From an uncultured Methanoregulaceae archaeon (GTDB taxonomy: Archaea > Halobacteriota > Methanomicrobia > Methanomicrobiales > Methanospirillaceae), in the NCBI GenBank assembly GCA_963705255.1, contig OY970061.1:2176001-2240000 (forward strand): 64,000 bases of DNA. Direction: 5' to 3'. The notes beneath the pieces are model-generated. The model was not told the origin of the DNA. It worked only from the letters and a program-made list of their open reading frames with translations, and made no database searches. Below, in pieces: positions 61,881 through 64,000 of the stretch. The stretch's first letter is position 1. Each line of letters begins with the position of its first letter. The position numbers and the translations under genes were made by a program.

Positions 61881-62486
61881 TGTACCCCGATGATCTTATG
61901 CAACTGTACCTGGAACCGCACCGGCAGGCTGTTGACGAGAATGAATTTCGTGATCGCCTTGTAATCCGTGCCGGATACGGGGGAGAAGAAGATCTCCCCG
62001 GCGATGCGGTACGTGGCGATGATCTCCTGCGCATACCGGCAGTCCGCCTCATCCTTCACCACGAACTTCACGCTGTCCTGCGGGCGCAGCGCCGCGAGCA
62101 GGGCGAGGTCGCTCTGCTCCCCGGAGGACGGGCATTTCACGTCCATGCAGACCGAGGCGTAGGGTCTGGAGGCGGGAGAAGTCGATCGTCCCGTTCGTCT
62201 CGATATCAATGGCCGTCCCCCGCCTGCGGAGCGATGCGAGGAGCGGTTCCAGTTCGTCTGCCTGCAGGAGCGGTTCGCCGCCCGTGATGCAGACATAGGG
62301 GGGATTCACCCGCCAGACCTGCTCGAGGATGGCGTCGAGGCCCATCTCCCTGCCGCCGGCCCGGGCATATCCCGTATCGCACCAGGTGCAGGTGAGGTTG
62401 CAGCCCGCGAGCCGGATGAAGAGGCAGGCCTTTCCCTGGTTCTTCCCCTCCCCCTGGAGGCTCCGGAAAATTTCCGCGATCTTCAT
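61877..62486 (-). CDS. queE: 7-carboxy-7-deazaguanine synthase (frameshift near 62165)
   Basis: [21 protein letters not shown] and ETNG. C-terminal QVQLHK is in the second ORF. Confidence 0.93.
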
Positions 62487-62887
62487 TCGGTAAGCTCGGC
62501 GCAGGATGTCGGTGATTCCCAGACCCGGATCTTCGGCACCGTTGCCGGTATCTTCAGGTCCCGGCAGACCGCGTAGAGGTCATCGCGGATGATCGCTGCA
62601 ATCAATTCACTTGTCGGGTCACCAGGCGTCGTTATGACGTGCTGGAACTTCTCCATGCAGGCCACCATGGGGTCGTCGCGGTTGAGGATGATCTGGTGAT
62701 CGTATTTACCGATGACCTTTTTGATCAGGCTGTAATCGATCAGGATCTGCGTGGCCGGGTCCGGCTCCCCCTCCATCCAGACCTCCACCTTCCAGCGGTG
62801 CCCGTGGAGGTTGGCGCACTTCCCCTGGTAATGGAGCAAGCGGTGGCTGGTATCGATCTGCACCTGTTTATAGATCCCGACTTTCAT
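62483..62887 (-). CDS. queD: 6-carboxytetrahydropterin synthase
   Basis: SHRL..GKCANLHGH, DH, PTSE and WES. Confidence 0.92.
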   Translation of the reverse strand: MKVGIYKQVQIDTSHRLLHYQGKCANLHGHRWKVEVWMEGEPDPATQILIDYSLIKKVIGKYDHQIILNRDDPMVACMEKFQHVITTPGDPTSELIAAIIRDDLYAVCRDLKIPATVPKIRVWESPTSCAELTE

Positions 62888-63052
62888 TGCTCATGATTGG
62901 GTTCTGGAAGATATAATGTTATTATGAGCAAGGGACAATAGTATAAGACAGGCAGGTGGGAGGCCACAATTTATAAATCGATCACCCGCGTTAGTACATA
63001 TCCCAGTGTGGGTTATCGATAACCACAAAAACAACTTTCATGAGGCTATTTA

Positions 63053-63481
63053 ATGGGACAGGGTAAATTTGCAGCCAGAAAACTGGTTCGGGACTCAAAT
63101 AAGTTCCGGTGGGCGGACAAGAACTACGCCCGCCGGGAACTCAACCTCGATGTGAAGTCGGACCCTCTCGAGGGTGCGCCACAGGCGAGAGGTATCGTAC
63201 TGGAGAAGATCGGTGTCGAGGCCAAGCAGCCGAACTCCGCGATCCGGAAGTGCGTGCGCGTCCAGCTGATCAAGAACGGGCGGCAGGTCAGCGCGTTTGC
63301 GGTCGGCGACGGTGCGATCAATTTCATTGACGAACACGACGAAGTCGAGATCGAGGGCATCGGCGGCCGTCTCGGGCGTTCCATGGGAGATATCCCCGGC
63401 GTCCGGTACGTGGTCACCAAGGTGAACAACGTCTGCCTCCACGAGATGGTCATCGGCAGGAAAGAGAAACCGCGCAGGTGA
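63053..63481 (+). CDS. rps12: 30S ribosomal protein S12 (uS12)
   Basis: [15 protein letters not shown] and GDIPGVR. Confidence 0.98.
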   Translation: MGQGKFAARKLVRDSNKFRWADKNYARRELNLDVKSDPLEGAPQARGIVLEKIGVEAKQPNSAIRKCVRVQLIKNGRQVSAFAVGDGAINFIDEHDEVEIEGIGGRLGRSMGDIPGVRYVVTKVNNVCLHEMVIGRKEKPRR

Positions 63482-63486
63482 TGGAG

Positions 63487-64000
63487 ATGGCAGAAACCGA
63501 AGGAAAAACAGCAGGGCAGAAACTCCTCTTCAACAAGTGGGACGCCTCCGAAGTCAAGGTCACCGACCCCGGTCTCATGCGCTATGTCACCCTCACCTCC
63601 ATGATCATTCCCCATACCTGCGGCAAGTTCTCCCGCCAGGAGTTCGGCAAGTCCAACATGATGATTGTCGAGCGGCTGATCAACCGCCTGATGCAGACCG
63701 AGAATAATACCGGAAAGAAGCAGCTGGCCATCCGGATCGTGCGGGATGCATTCGTGATCATCAACAAGAAGACCAAGCGCAACCCCATCGAGGTGCTGGT
63801 CGAGGCGATCGCCAACTCAGGTCCCCGAGAAGAGACCGTCCGCCTGAAATACGGTGGCATCAACGTCCCGAAATCGGTCGACACCGCGCCCATGCGGAGG
63901 GTCGACACGGCCATCCACTTCATTGCCGAGGCAACCCTGAAGGGATCCAACTCCAGCAAGAAGAGCGCCAGTGCAGTACTCGCCGATGAACTGATCTCCG
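63487..64000 (+). CDS. rps7: 30S ribosomal protein S7 (uS7), runs off the window
   Basis: Read manually: [43 protein letters not shown]. Confidence 0.96.
   Translation, partial: MAETEGKTAGQKLLFNKWDASEVKVTDPGLMRYVTLTSMIIPHTCGKFSRQEFGKSNMMIVERLINRLMQTENNTGKKQLAIRIVRDAFVIINKKTKRNPIEVLVEAIANSGPREETVRLKYGGINVPKSVDTAPMRRVDTAIHFIAEATLKGSNSSKKSASAVLADELIS

Noticed and set aside
2104-62486. Frameshifts in hgcA, trpA, trpD, MBL hydrolase, htpX, MFS, aglB (2), glmS, glmM, cyclase, MTase, helicase, alpha/beta hydrolase and queE read as pseudogenes or programmed frameshifting
   Set aside because: They are single-base indels, often in G/C runs, spread evenly and hitting core genes. There are no accompanying nonsense mutations and no shared slippery motif. 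This fits long-read consensus error, pending read-level checks.

Overview
Archaeal window, most consistent with a Methanomicrobiales methanogen (Methanoregula-like). Evidence: SepS, aIF2-gamma, Kae1-Bud32 fusion, AglB, Taw1, aRF1, DUF2098 and intron-less, CCA-less tRNAs. Contents, left to right: partial malic enzyme; a mercury-methylation cluster (hgcC-like AbrB gene, hgcA, hgcB, arsC); the trpEGDCFBA operon with TRP-box-like sites; a CHASE4/HAMP/PAS sensor; accessory genes; tandem tRNA-Gly/tRNA-Val; htpX; the aIF2-gamma to rpl40e cluster; an MFS transporter; an aglB/glmS/glmU/glmM cluster; sufCB (SMS-type); an orphan DNA methyltransferase; a YprB/YprA-like repair pair; sepS, taw1, argS, aRF1; queCED; rps12 and partial rps7. 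About 14 genes, several essential, are split by single-base frameshifts, best explained as assembly indel errors. The most unusual signal is non-coding. There is a family of hairpin-packed MITEs (three copies, IS5/IS903-like ends, about 8-bp target duplications) whose copies differ by gain of ~50-57-bp double-hairpin modules. The same module type occurs twice, in frame, at the N-terminus of hgcB, adding 38 residues. All gene names come from motif recognition by eye; no database searches were run.
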